Notes: generated from the sequence alone by a model not told the origin. DNA of 63,994 nucleotides, filler included, from Sanchytrium tribonematis (GCA_018985235.1; 11 parts of 11 records of this genome joined end to end with filler, not necessarily neighbours in it); one strand, 5' to 3'; positions 44,611-56,180 are shown, numbered from the whole stretch's first letter. Numbers and translations: made by a program.

Positions 44611-45888
44611 ATGATTTCTTTTGATCGTAAATCTGCATTGGAGAAACTCAATTATCAATCAGAGACACATAGTGACAATCATTTCAAACCATTTGATATT
44701 TCTATTCTTTTGGAAAGGCTATATGACTCGAAACCTTCTTTTTATCAGGAATATTATTATAAACTTCCAAATGATCGGAGACAAATTGGGTATCTGAAAG
44801 AAATGGCGAGTTTATTGATGTTGAAAGTGAGTGACACTTCAAAAACTTCCATGAAATATAAATGTCGTGGTTATAAATACTGCGAAACTTGTAATATTTT
44901 TGTGAAAGACTCAAAGAAAAGCTGCAAACAACATGACTCCCGGAAAACCAAATGTCCTGCAAAGTATTACGAGTTATTAAGCGAGACCGTGGGTGTTATT
45001 TGGTATATTCCACATAATCATTTATCAACTACATTGAAACTAAAATCTATTATATTAAACAAACCAGAAATAGTGACTGTCGTGGATGATATTTTAACAA
45101 AATGTCTACTTGATTTGGTTTCTAAAGATGCCTCCAGGAAATTTAATCATCTAGAACACTGTTTATTCCAATTCAAGCCTAGCTTTCAATTAGAAACACA
45201 TATTAACTCATTTTTTACTGTTTCTATAAATGAAAAGCGCACTAGTAAATTTGACGAAAAGCTTTTAAAGTCAAATTTGCTAAATGAACTGGAAGAACAC
45301 ACTTGGGATACATCATATATGGCAAATCAGATTGAAGATGAATTTATTAATCCGAAAAGTACTATTTTTTTAGATTATTATGGGACATTATTTGATCATT
45401 ACTCTAATGTATTAAAAGGTAGTGACGTAAAAATTGTATCTGACTACAGCCGTGGCAAACAATATCACAAGCTAGTATTCACCAAACAAATTGATTCCGG
45501 CAAAGAAATTAATGGGATGAAAGGAGTCATGGTCCAACTAGACGGTTACACTGAAGAGAAACAAAGAGCTAGAGGAATGGATTTTTCATATATTGACATT
45601 GACATGGAAAATGAAAAAGTATTAACACATCTCTTAGTTGGACCTTGTAGATTTACAAATCATTGCTGTAACGAAAATCATTGTAATGTTGAATTCGAAA
45701 GTTATTACCATTTAAGAAGAAATAGAAGAAACGACCCGCTGAAAGTTCCAATATTCAAGACAACCAAATCAGTTAATGAAGGGGACGAAGTATTTTACTA
45801 TTATGGAGATGAGCCATTTGAGTCACATAATTGCTCTTGTGGATTTTGCAGCTCTCCAAAAAGACGCAAATTAAACCAAGAAAAGTAA
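44611..45888 (+). CDS. SET-domain lysine methyltransferase with an N-terminal GCM/WRKY-like Zn domain
   Basis: GPCRFTNHCC...GDEVFYYYG plus post-SET CSCGFC; N-terminal CRGYKYCETC...CKQH...CPAKY...HNH; NLS-like PKRRK. Confidence 0.8.
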   Translation: MISFDRKSALEKLNYQSETHSDNHFKPFDISILLERLYDSKPSFYQEYYYKLPNDRRQIGYLKEMASLLMLKVSDTSKTSMKYKCRGYKYCETCNIFVKDSKKSCKQHDSRKTKCPAKYYELLSETVGVIWYIPHNHLSTTLKLKSIILNKPEIVTVVDDILTKCLLDLVSKDASRKFNHLEHCLFQFKPSFQLETHINSFFTVSINEKRTSKFDEKLLKSNLLNELEEHTWDTSYMANQIEDEFINPKSTIFLDYYGTLFDHYSNVLKGSDVKIVSDYSRGKQYHKLVFTKQIDSGKEINGMKGVMVQLDGYTEEKQRARGMDFSYIDIDMENEKVLTHLLVGPCRFTNHCCNENHCNVEFESYYHLRRNRRNDPLKVPIFKTTKSVNEGDEVFYYYGDEPFESHNCSCGFCSSPKRRKLNQEK

Positions 45889-46034
45889 ATCGTTACATAT
45901 ATTATTCTTCTAATTTTGATTGGTAAATTAAACTGTGGGTGAATGGCCCAATACGCAGTCAACAGGGTCTTTTTAGTCCCAGACAAAACGCCGAAAATTT
46001 GAAAGATCGGAGATTCTCCTTGAAATTCTCTAAA

Positions 46035-47090
46035 ATGCAAACTGTTTTATCCCATTGCGCTCTTCATTACATCAATTTAGAACTCACTGTAAGACAATTA
46101 AAATCCATTAAACCCAGTCAAAACATTCAATCTCTCAAATACAACAATTTAAATTTAACCGTCAAATATTTCCCTGTTGAAAAATCATATTTCAAATGGA
46201 CTGATTTGACAAATATTCACACAATTATTGAATCAAATCCATCTGATCCACGAAGTAACGCGTTTGCATCGATTCAGCATGAGCATGGCATGAAAACTAC
46301 CATGTTGAAATTTAATGTAATTCCTTTTTATTATATTTCAAATTTGAATGGATATTTTGTCATGGTTGAAAAAGAAATCCAGGATGTAACGACCATTGCT
46401 CAATTTTGTAATGATTACAGATTCAACGCACTATTTGACGGATGTAAAATGAAGATATTAACAAATTTAGATACAATTATAAAAATTTTAAAAAATTACC
46501 ATTCTCTGGAAGAAGAAGACTTTGATTTTAAGGAATACATGGATTTGATGAGCACGAATGAAGTTTTTCTGCTGGATCATCATTTAAATTTGGTGTTCAA
46601 TCCAAAAGCCAGTCAAGTTTTAAAATATATCTACTTTTGGAAAACCAAAGATTTACTTAAAAATAACAGCGGGGCAATTTTGGAGGATTATTCGCGTTGC
46701 TTTCGCCCAGAAAATAGTGAGTCGTTGTTTGACACAGAAAAAAACAAAAGTATTCTGAGGAAATACATTATAGAAATAGAAACGTATAAAATATTCAGTG
46801 TTTCAGGAGTTTCTCAGACATCACACTTGATGAATTGTGAATTGCATCATATTAAAGAAAAAGCTGATTTAGACAAAAAAATTAGAAAATTGGAATTTGA
46901 CATCGGATTTGAGGCAAAGTTTAACAAATATTATTTTGAGATCTGCAGAAAAGAAAAGGGAAAATTGGAGGATAAAAATAAAGAACTAGATTCAAAGATA
47001 CAACAATTAGAAAAGGAGGATTCAAAAAAGAAAAGAAAAGCAGAAGAACATCATGACGCTTTTAAAAAATACAAACGAGTTAAACAATAA
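46035..47090 (+). CDS. Hypothetical protein with C-terminal coiled coil and NLS-like motif
   Basis: 351 aa from ATG 46035; IAQFCNDYRFNALF; SKKKRK. Confidence 0.6.
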   Translation: MQTVLSHCALHYINLELTVRQLKSIKPSQNIQSLKYNNLNLTVKYFPVEKSYFKWTDLTNIHTIIESNPSDPRSNAFASIQHEHGMKTTMLKFNVIPFYYISNLNGYFVMVEKEIQDVTTIAQFCNDYRFNALFDGCKMKILTNLDTIIKILKNYHSLEEEDFDFKEYMDLMSTNEVFLLDHHLNLVFNPKASQVLKYIYFWKTKDLLKNNSGAILEDYSRCFRPENSESLFDTEKNKSILRKYIIEIETYKIFSVSGVSQTSHLMNCELHHIKEKADLDKKIRKLEFDIGFEAKFNKYYFEICRKEKGKLEDKNKELDSKIQQLEKEDSKKKRKAEEHHDAFKKYKRVKQ

Positions 47091-47220
47091 AGTTACATTA
47101 TTTCTTGATATAAAATTCATCTCCATCTTTAACATCCAAAGAAGCACCAATTTTGAACCCAATTCCCATATGGAATCTTTTAATCAGCAATATCAACGTG
47201 GTTTTACTATTATTGGTGAC

Positions 47221-47417
47221 TTACTAAACAAATACTACACATTCTGATGTACTGATTAGATTTCGGGAGAATATTGTCCTTTGTATAAATGGAGATTCTA
47301 CTTTGAGTTCTTTGCTTCTTGAGCTTCTCTGGGTGGTACCTTAGCAAACAAACACTACACATTCTGATGTACTGATTAGATTTCGGGAGAATATTGTCCT
47401 TTGTAAAAATGGAGATT
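47221..47417. repeat. Two near-identical 77-bp direct repeats with a 120-bp period
   Basis: 47221-47297 vs 47341-47417, core ACTACACATTCTGATGTACTGATTAGATTTCGGGAGAATATTGTCCTTTGTA. Confidence 0.92.
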
Positions 47418-47817
47418 TCAATTGAAAAAATCATGCATTCTGTAAAGCCAGAAAAGAGAAATAGCTGCCAGTAACTGCTAGTCATATGNNNNNNNNNNNN
47501 NNNNNNNNNNNNNNNNNNNNNNNNNNNNNNNNTTAATTAATTAANNNNNNNNNNNNNNNNNNNNNNNNNNNNNNNNNNNNNNNNNNNNCGTCAAGGTAGG
47601 GTAAAACAATCTAACTTAAGAGATGCAGCATGGTATAATTTTCCGCTAGATCGTTCCAATCATATCTACTTACAAGACTAAAACAAATAAATAGTTACCC
47701 AACATCTACTTAAAAAATAATTTTCTTGGTAAGGCTGAAATCTAGCCCAACTTTACTGTACTGATCTACTTTTTGGATGACTCCTTCCAATATCGCTAGA
47801 AGATAAGTAATTATTTA

Positions 47818-48294
47818 TTACTGTTGCTGTTGACTTTGATTACGTAATTTAAGAGCAATGTATTCACTCTTACGAATTGGGCGGCCACCGTGAATTTTTT
47901 TGACGTGGGTGTTTAAGTGCGAAACTTGCCCATAGCCTTTTTCACAATGGAAACATTGATAGCATCTATTAACAAGACTAGATTGCGTTCTCGTACGTTT
48001 TCCTTTACATGAGCGAGGAACAAATTGACGATTTTGCTGCTGCCAAACACTAGTTAAAAGTTCCGATTTTACATGTGGTGGAGGCATTAATGGATGGCTA
48101 GACACCAATTTGAGTCTACTGTCTGCCAAATTGGGCAACGGAAAATCTTTTTGTAGCACCATTAAATCGTGCAATGGCATTGTGGTTGGAGGTGAATTGG
48201 ATGGTGTCTTGTTCATAATTTTCTTTACTTTTTGTAGCAGAATTGCACTATCCGAGTACAGTTTATAGTCTACAAGTCCGGTATTGTTGTTCAT
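47818..48294 (-). CDS. Single C2H2 zinc-finger transcription factor (Con7-like)
   Basis: YQCFHCEKGYGQVSHLNTHVKKIHG...KSEYIALK. Confidence 0.7.
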   Translation of the reverse strand: MNNNTGLVDYKLYSDSAILLQKVKKIMNKTPSNSPPTTMPLHDLMVLQKDFPLPNLADSRLKLVSSHPLMPPPHVKSELLTSVWQQQNRQFVPRSCKGKRTRTQSSLVNRCYQCFHCEKGYGQVSHLNTHVKKIHGGRPIRKSEYIALKLRNQSQQQQ

Positions 48295-48644
48295 AATTAT
48301 TTTTCGATTGCGTCAAATCTAATGCCCCATGGCGAACCGTCTAGTAAGGCTATTGGCGATAAATCTCCTTGCGTGACTGGAATATGTCGGAAAAAGTGTT
48401 AATTTAATGAATAAGATTAATTTAACAGCCCATCTCAACCCGCTTGATTGTAAATTCTTTCTGCTTTTATAAAGCTTGATTTTTTTCCTCATCCAAAATT
48501 TAGACGTGTCCCGCCTCGGAACATCTAATTTTCAGGGTCAGCACACTTCCCATTTTGGCAACATGTGCAAAATTTCTGGTCACCACCATTTTTATCCGCA
48601 CGAGAAACTAATATATAAGTCCTTATAATATATTGACTGTTTAT

Positions 48645-50445
48645 TTATTGCGGATAATTATCCACATACTCTTTCAAAAGCCTTCCGTATTCCAAATAGT
48701 CTAATTCTTCCACTGTATTAGCAGTGATCTTTTTCCTAGACTCGCCGTTGTAACTGTCCATTCTGATAACGCATTTCAATTTAAACTGCCGCTGGTGCGT
48801 TAATGATTGAATGTATGCATCTCTATCTGTATCTGGCATATCTTTGATCTTCTCGTTCATTTGTGAAGCAGTCATGCCGAATATAGTAGCTGCTTGATCG
48901 TAAAAATTAACTTTTTGCTGCCCCGTACAATCCATCACAGTTAAGTTTGCAGTATATCTATAAGTCGGATCCTCGTAACTTGCATCACATTTTTCACATC
49001 TCCAATGATCTCCATTTTCAATAATTTTCTTTTTACATGTTGGACAGCCAGCATAGTACAAGTTCCGAGAAGCTGCCAATCCTATTGTGCCAACACAAGT
49101 AAACCAGAATCCCTAAATAAATTGCAACTACTTTTTCACTTTCAATAGGCATACCCATTGCGATTTGAACCCATAAAAAGTCATCTCTCTTCTTTCTTTT
49201 TGCATAAGGTGTACCATCTTCTGCAACTCCTGCACCCACACTATCTTTTTCAAATGCAATAAAGTTTCCATCTTTACCCTCACTTTCATACCATTCCCTC
49301 ATATCTTTTACTTTTTGATCAGTCATATCATTAATATTGATGGCTGTAGAGAATCCAGCACCTAATGATCTTCCGTTGAAATCGCTTACTTTTGCATTTT
49401 TGATTGCTACAACCATGGTTTCATCTAAACTTGGAGGTTGAAAATTTTCTGCTTTGTCTTTCCATAAAGTCAAAGACACTTGCATATTTGAAGGATCTAC
49501 CAAGTGAACATCTCTTTTTGCAATGTCTTCACCAGAAGATTTCACATTTATCATCGAAACATCAGAGCAATTATATACAACCGCGACTAAATCGACCATA
49601 TCGCCTTTTTGTTTGTTGTTGAGAGATGAGATATTGTCAATAAAATTGTATTTGGCTTTTGGGATATTCTCATCTGTTTCGTCGACTAGTTTAATGTCAG
49701 TATCTTTTGTAAATGTAATTTCGTAAGAATGGCTGGTTTTGTTGTATCTTTGGTCAGCTGGCTTAGCTCTGAATTTGCTAATGATATAAACTTTACCTTC
49801 TTCAAGCATAGGAGAAAGACGGTCAGCGTCATCATTAAATCCTGTTGCTTTAATGTCACCTGTTTTGTCCACGAAAACAACAGAAAATAACTTTCCATTT
49901 CCATTCTTAAACATTCTCATCTCAGACTTTTCAGTGCACCTTGCTTTCATAATCATGGTTTGACTGTATGCGTTAATGGAGCTAACTGGTAAAACATGCG
50001 TATTCTTTGAAAATGGACTTGAAGGCAATGCCGATGAACTCAACATGGTTGGTTTCTTTGGAGTTGATTGTTTCTTTGGCATAGCATCTATAGCTTGTTG
50101 AATTTCTTCACCAGAACAGTAAATGCGTTCAGGAAATTTATGTGGTAAAAATTCAACGTTTGTAAGTAAATAGATTGTTTTTGTTCCACTAGAGCTTTTT
50201 GTATAATTATTGACTTTAATTAGACCAAAGGTGTGATTCTCATGGTCTTTCGCATTGACTTTCTCGTCTGTAACCATACAAACTGAATTTTCATTTCCAT
50301 CACTCAACATCAATTTCAATGCACCATTTGAAATAGCGGACTTTGCAATTTGCAAATATTTTGGTTCCGGTGTTCCTTTAGATAACTTTTCGATTCCAAA
50401 TGGAGTCATTTTACTCATAAATTCTGGCTTACTTAACATTGTCAT
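48645..50445 (-). CDS. RFA1: Replication protein A 70-kDa subunit; intron 49113-49131
   Basis: GKLFSVVFVDKTGDIKATGF, KRDVHLVD, KVSDFNGRSL; spliced SEK|GFWFTCVGTI...YYAGCPTCKKK...WRCEKC. Confidence 0.95.
49113..49131 (-). other. 19-nt spliceosomal intron (RFA1)
   Basis: Minus strand GTAGTTGCAATTTATTTAG; GAA AAA|GGA TTC. Confidence 0.92.
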
Positions 50446-51021
50446 TACTCCAATGTTTTGAAAAATTTGAGATTGACTTACCAACAATTGCTATCATAAA
50501 TAAATGAAAGATGCATCTGAATTGCGAATTGGGGTGCAAGCTTCATCTGAATCCAATAAATCCATTTAAGTAAATTGGAGGACTTGCAAATACCATGATT
50601 TTATTGACCAGCAAAATCTTTGTGTGCAACATCTCAAGGTCACCAATTGAGACCCCAGAAAGCCCAAGGCGCTCAAATTTTCAAAGGAATTCAGAACAGA
50701 ATGATTGGAAAATAAATGCTGTGCAAGAATTTGATTGGTAACCAGATATTTTTATAATGTAAGGATCACATCTCTCACGAAATGAAAAATCATCTCACAC
50801 GAGTAAGCGATCCCTCATTCAAACTCAGCTCTGCCAACATCCCACTAATTTCACGAAAAGATGCAATGTATCGACTAAATCCAAAACTGATGCAAAAAGA
50901 AAACAAAGCCAAGTCAGTTATCAGCAACGTTGATATGCTCTTCTAATTGTGGATTTTAAAAATAAAACTCGAATTTATTACTGTTCTATCAAATCTAGAA
51001 TTCTACAGCTTGTGTACTAAA

Positions 51022-53347
51022 TTAAATCAAAATTACCTTGCAATGCTCAAGCATCTCCACACCCAAATCTTTGTAACCCTGCTGAAGTAATATTAAAACG
51101 ACATCTTCTGCGCAATTCTTTCCATGGCTCATTAGTATTTTCAGTATATAAAGTGGAATAGGTTGTTGAACATTAATGCAAGCAGATACAAATGACTTGA
51201 CATCAGAAACAACCAATAATCTCACAACATCGGTATATTTTCGCAAGCATCCATCAAATTCAATCAATGCACCTGGCTGACTAGAATGCAAAACAGCTAA
51301 TTTATCTAATTTAAATGCACTTTTGATATCTTGCTTTGATATACAAAACTCAACTAATTTTTTAGTCGTAATAGGTCCATTATTTTCAAGTAAAAACTGT
51401 ATAGACAACAGCTCTACAAATATATCATGTTCTAACTTTTTGAGCGCATTTGTGTCATGCTTTTCTCCTGTAACAATTAAAATAGATTTGTAAATTAAAA
51501 GTGCTTGAGATCTTCCTGTATGTGCTTGCACGGTATCTTTGCAAGGCTTTCTGAGAAACCCTTTTAATACTTCAATGCATTTAGAATACTCTAAATTCGT
51601 TAATAAACATCGCAAAAGCACATTCAAGACGGTCCACTCAGGATTTGCGTGGTACAGGCTTAAACAGACTTTCAACATTCTTTCATTTACACTAAATTCG
51701 TGAATCATGTCTAGATTGTTTGTTTCAATCATAGTTGTCAAGATATTTTTGTAATAATAATCTTCATCGACATTATTTAAAATTTTCTCACAATAATTAA
51801 AATCTGTTTGTTTTCCCAATTCAAAATATTCCAACAAGATTGGGTTATCAGGAATCAACTTGCAATTCTGTTCAGACTGGACTAGACGTATATAAACAGG
51901 AACTAGAGCATGTAAAACGTATTCTTTTTCATATTTCATGACGCATTTGATGTAATTTAGTAAAACGACAGAGGAACAAGTCACGAATAAAGTGCCGTGT
52001 TCTTGGTGTGTCTTGTTAATGGGTGTTTGTGATAATAATTGCAGCACCTTTGTATCACTAAATCCACCTCTCATTGGGGTATTTTGACTCATGGAACTAT
52101 CTGGCTGCAAGTAAGATGCGCAATTGACCAGATGAGCCGGATTTACGTTAAATATACCATTCAAGAATTGATAACATGGTAAATTGGGTAGAGCAATTAA
52201 TATTTCAAAATCTTTTGGATTCTGGGAAGTTTTAAACATTTCATATAATAAAGTACTTACAGACAAGTGCAGATTTTCTAAATCTATTTGGTTAATTAAT
52301 TCGGCATCTTTAATAGCATTATGACGCAGCAACCATTCTATAATTACACTCACAAATGACAAATTCAAAACTTGGTTTAATTCCTCAGTCAACAGAATAT
52401 CATTGTAATTATGGAGTACTAGTAATGTTTTACAGCAAACACCAAGCACGATAAATGCACTAAAATTGATTTCGTGCAATCTGTGGATATTATATCTCGC
52501 TAATAATGGACAATTTTCTTTCCTCGTCTTTTCAGAATACAATTCGATTAAAACTTTAATCAAGGCTCTAATCAAAGGTAAACACTCTAAACAATCATGA
52601 TCTGCAATCAATAAATGTGGGCTGGGTATCAAACACTGCTTAATATGAGTTGGATTAGAGAATAACAACGAGTTGGATATTGTGTCGAGTTGCCAATTGA
52701 TATTTGTAAAATTATAAAGATTTAAAAATTTGGTGAGAATAGACTCATCAACAGATAGATTCATGCTTTGCAAATATAAATCTGCTTCGTGGGATTTTCT
52801 CAGCATCGTTTCAATTAAATGAGGAGATCTGACTACCAAAACATCTTGCTGACAATAAACAAATACTTCACTGTTATGGACAGCCACAGCAACGGGTAAA
52901 CGGAATGCAGCTGTTTTTAGTTTAAATTGATTCAAAATTACTTGCTGTTCTTCTTTAGTCAATTCTAGAATTTGAGCATTTAGATCGTTTCCCATTAAAT
53001 TAGTATTTAAAATTCTATTTAGAATAAATCGGGGCGAGTTGTATTCCAGAACATCATCAATTGTTTTAGGTTGTCTTTTAAGCAATTTATCGCCATTTGG
53101 TAAGCTCACAGGCGATAATTCTGTGTTTGCGCTTTTGAACTTGAAATACTGCAGACACAGTTGGTCATCTCGGACACCAACTAGTACAAAAAATGTTTTT
53201 TCATATAATTGAAGCAAAGCAACTTCTTTCAAATGCATATTGCTTCTCATAAATCCAAATTCTTTACAGTCTGTTGTATAATACAAGACGCTTGAGTCCC
53301 AAACCACCAATAATAATCTCTGGTTCGAGCACAATAATCCAGCCATG
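51022..53347 (-). CDS. Large beta-propeller/helical protein, possibly nucleoporin Nup120/160 (5' may be partial)
   Basis: 774-aa ORF with a beta-rich start and helical remainder; C-terminal PIPLYILKIL...VVLILLQQGY weakly resembles Nup160. Confidence 0.35.
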
Positions 53348-53447
53348 NNNNNNNNNNNNNNNNNNNNNNNNNNNNNNNNNNNNNNNNNNNNTTAATTAAT
53401 TAANNNNNNNNNNNNNNNNNNNNNNNNNNNNNNNNNNNNNNNNNNNN

Positions 53448-55110
53448 TTTTGATATGTTTTCATAACTAGATGCTTTGCTAAGCGCAGCATCAATTAATT
53501 CTTTGGCATAATTGACGGACTCTTGATTTCCCTTAAGCTCACATTTGTAATTATCAGATTCATTAGCACCTTTTTCTAAAATGATATCACACGCAGAAGT
53601 TCTTTTAATTTCTTTGATGGTGACGCCTTTTTTACCAATGACGTGTCCGACGATCGAAGCTGGTATTTCAAATGATTGCCGAGTAAATTCTTGAGGTTGC
53701 TGAGATTTAAATGTTCTTGGAGGTCGTTGACCATATAAATTTTGATGATATCCACTATTTAATGCTGAGAGTAGCATTTCCTTGGCAAATTCGCATTTGG
53801 ATCTATCGCCAATAATTACAACGACTCTTGAACCATTAATTGCTGGTCTTAACGCTACGTCACAACCAGATTCTGTAATAATTGAGTCAAGTGTTTTTCC
53901 GTTTTTGCCCAAAACCAATGAAGAATCTCTTTCGTCAATAATATGCTCAATTTTAAACTAAGTGAGTGAAAATTACAATATCATTATTTCTAGGCTTTTT
54001 GTAGTTGCGATCGTTCTCAGCGTCATTGTAAGTTCTTTTTCTGGTGTACTCAGAAAACGATGGTCTAGCAGGGGACGGTCTCAAAGGAACTCTTCCACCT
54101 TGTGGAGCCCAAGATCTTTCCGGATCGCGTTGAACATTTCCTTGTTCAAAGACGGTTATAGCATCATTAATAAGTTCTTTTGCATACTCAATATTTTCCA
54201 AGGAACCGGTTATATTGACAATTTGTTTTTCCCTGCCTTCAGCTTGATCGATGCTTACATTGCAATTACTTTTGTGACAAATATCTTGAATTATACAACC
54301 TTTAAATCCAATAATTGCACCAACATGTACATCACTAACATAAATTTTCTTTGTAATCATGTCCGCGGAGGCCATCGAAGCGGCTAGAGGCACAGCAACT
54401 TGTCTCAGTTCCCTCCTGTCACGAGTGTCTCTGTTTTGAAATGAATCAATAACATCTTGTACCTCTTTTTGCGCAATTTCAATTGCAGCAGGGGAACCAG
54501 ATATTTCAACTCTTTTAATATCTCCAGGGTTTTCTTCATTAACGACGATTCGCGGTCTAGGATTGCCACATTTGGCAATGATATCCTTAATTTTGGCTCC
54601 TTTATATCCGATTAAAAACCCCACGGCTTCTTTTGGAATGTTCAATTCAACTTTGGAAGCATACTGTTCATTGGACTTTCTTAATATCATACCTTGAACC
54701 ATATCATATGCCATAGCCACACAGGGTTCACTTTTGCTTTTAAAGAGAATGTTACATTCACTGCTTCCATATTCTGGTTCTTTAATCTCTATATCTTGAC
54801 ACCCAGATTCTAATCTAATTAATCGTAGAGTTTTTCCATTTTGACCCAAAACAAAGCCATAAAACGATTTATCAACCACTAATTCTTTCTCAAATATTTC
54901 ATTGCCATCATTAAGATTTCTTATTTGTTTAGCCATTCCATATATTTGATTTTCATCATCATTTTCAGATAAAACAATTTTTGGACGTTGTCCATCAACA
55001 AATTTCAATTTGCCTTGAAATTTAGATTTCAGTTCATCCAAATTTTCAACCACTTTTCTAACATGGACAGTTGGTAAATATAGAGCATACTCTTTTGAAG
55101 AAGTCATCAT
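53448..55110 (-). CDS. Multi-KH-domain RNA-binding protein (FUBP/KSRP-like, 3' partial); intron 53958-53976
   Basis: Five GxxG loops: VLGQNG, LIGYKG, IIGFKG, VLGKNG, VIGKKG. Confidence 0.88.
53958..53976 (-). other. 19-nt spliceosomal intron (KH gene)
   Basis: Minus strand GTAATTTTCACTCACTTAG; GAT ATT|TTT AAA joins the two KH ORFs. Confidence 0.9.
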
Positions 55111-55203
55111 TGAATTTATGTTTTGAATTTGACTCCTTTTAGCCGTCGAATTTCATTTTGTGTAAGTGAACGTGTCGTACACGCTGTGATACAATTAATG
55201 TGT

Positions 55204-55419
55204 TTATTCAATTTCTATTTGAGGTAAAATGACACAGATGTTGCTTCCATTGAGTAATATATCACCTATGGGGGTTGTATCTTTGGCGTCTTCTAATATA
55301 CAATTAACGAATTCATCAAAACTTTTTAATATTCCAGTTACTTCATAGTTGTTTCTCATGATAATTTTAATTCTTTTGTTGATGGCACGATCAAGTAGTT
55401 CGAGAGGAGCCGTGGACAT
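55204..55419 (-). CDS. LSM5: U6 snRNA-associated Sm-like protein Lsm5
   Basis: PLELLDR...FDEFVNCILED...ILLNGSNICVILP. Confidence 0.85.
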   Translation of the reverse strand: MSTAPLELLDRAINKRIKIIMRNNYEVTGILKSFDEFVNCILEDAKDTTPIGDILLNGSNICVILPQIEIE

Positions 55420-55453
55420 TGGTTTCACAAGGAGAGTTTAATTTTTTTGATTC

Positions 55454-56149
55454 ATGAAAGAAAGACTTTTGCCGAAGAAAAGTGATCATCGACAAAGAGC
55501 CCATTCAAACCCATTCTCAGATTTTGATATAGATGTACCTACCAAACCTTCAGATGTCGTTTGGGACTTAAATGGGAAACCAGATTTTATTGATATTGGT
55601 TGTGGATTTGGTGGATTGACTATAGACATTGCGAGGGACTACCCAGAAAAAAGAATTGTGGCAATGGAAATTAGACAAAAAGTAAGTGAATTTGTCATTT
55701 TAAAAATTAAAGGACTGCGACAACAAGAATCACCTCATTATCAAAATTGTCAAGCAATGAGAATGAATTGCATGAAGTTTTTGCCTAATCTATTTGAAAA
55801 ACAGTCTCTTGAAAAGATTTTCATTCTCTTTGCGGATCCGCATTTCAAGAAAAAAAAATTCAAACACAGGATAATTACAGAAACCTTATTATCTGAATAT
55901 GCCTACATCCTAAAAGAACACGGAATACTCTATACAGCCACAGATGTTGAAGCTCTACATGCTTGGAACGTGAAGCATCTTGACTCTCACTCTCTTTTTG
56001 AAAAATTGACGGATGAAGAAATGGACAACGATCCAATGAAAAAATACATATTAGAATCCACTGAAGAAGGTAAGAAGGTAGCTAGAAATGGTGGCTCCAA
56101 GTATTTTGCTTTTTATAGAAGAATTAGAGACCCTTTTTATTCTAAATAA
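55454..56149 (+). CDS. TRM8: tRNA (guanine-N7)-methyltransferase
   Basis: RQRAHSNPFSD, DIGCGFGG, MEIR, DPHFKK, TEEGKKVARN. Confidence 0.96.
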   Translation: MKERLLPKKSDHRQRAHSNPFSDFDIDVPTKPSDVVWDLNGKPDFIDIGCGFGGLTIDIARDYPEKRIVAMEIRQKVSEFVILKIKGLRQQESPHYQNCQAMRMNCMKFLPNLFEKQSLEKIFILFADPHFKKKKFKHRIITETLLSEYAYILKEHGILYTATDVEALHAWNVKHLDSHSLFEKLTDEEMDNDPMKKYILESTEEGKKVARNGGSKYFAFYRRIRDPFYSK

Positions 56150-56180
56150 ATATGGAAGGTCAAATTTTGTTAATTTACAA

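Noticed and set aside
47221..47417. Repeat-spacer-repeat resembling a CRISPR array
   Set aside because: Only two copies, a 77-bp unit is too long, there are no cas genes, and the context is eukaryotic.
50500..50990. About 500 bp with short open frames between RFA1 and the next gene
   Set aside because: No consensus intron or recognisable motif links the frames, so a gene model cannot be supported.
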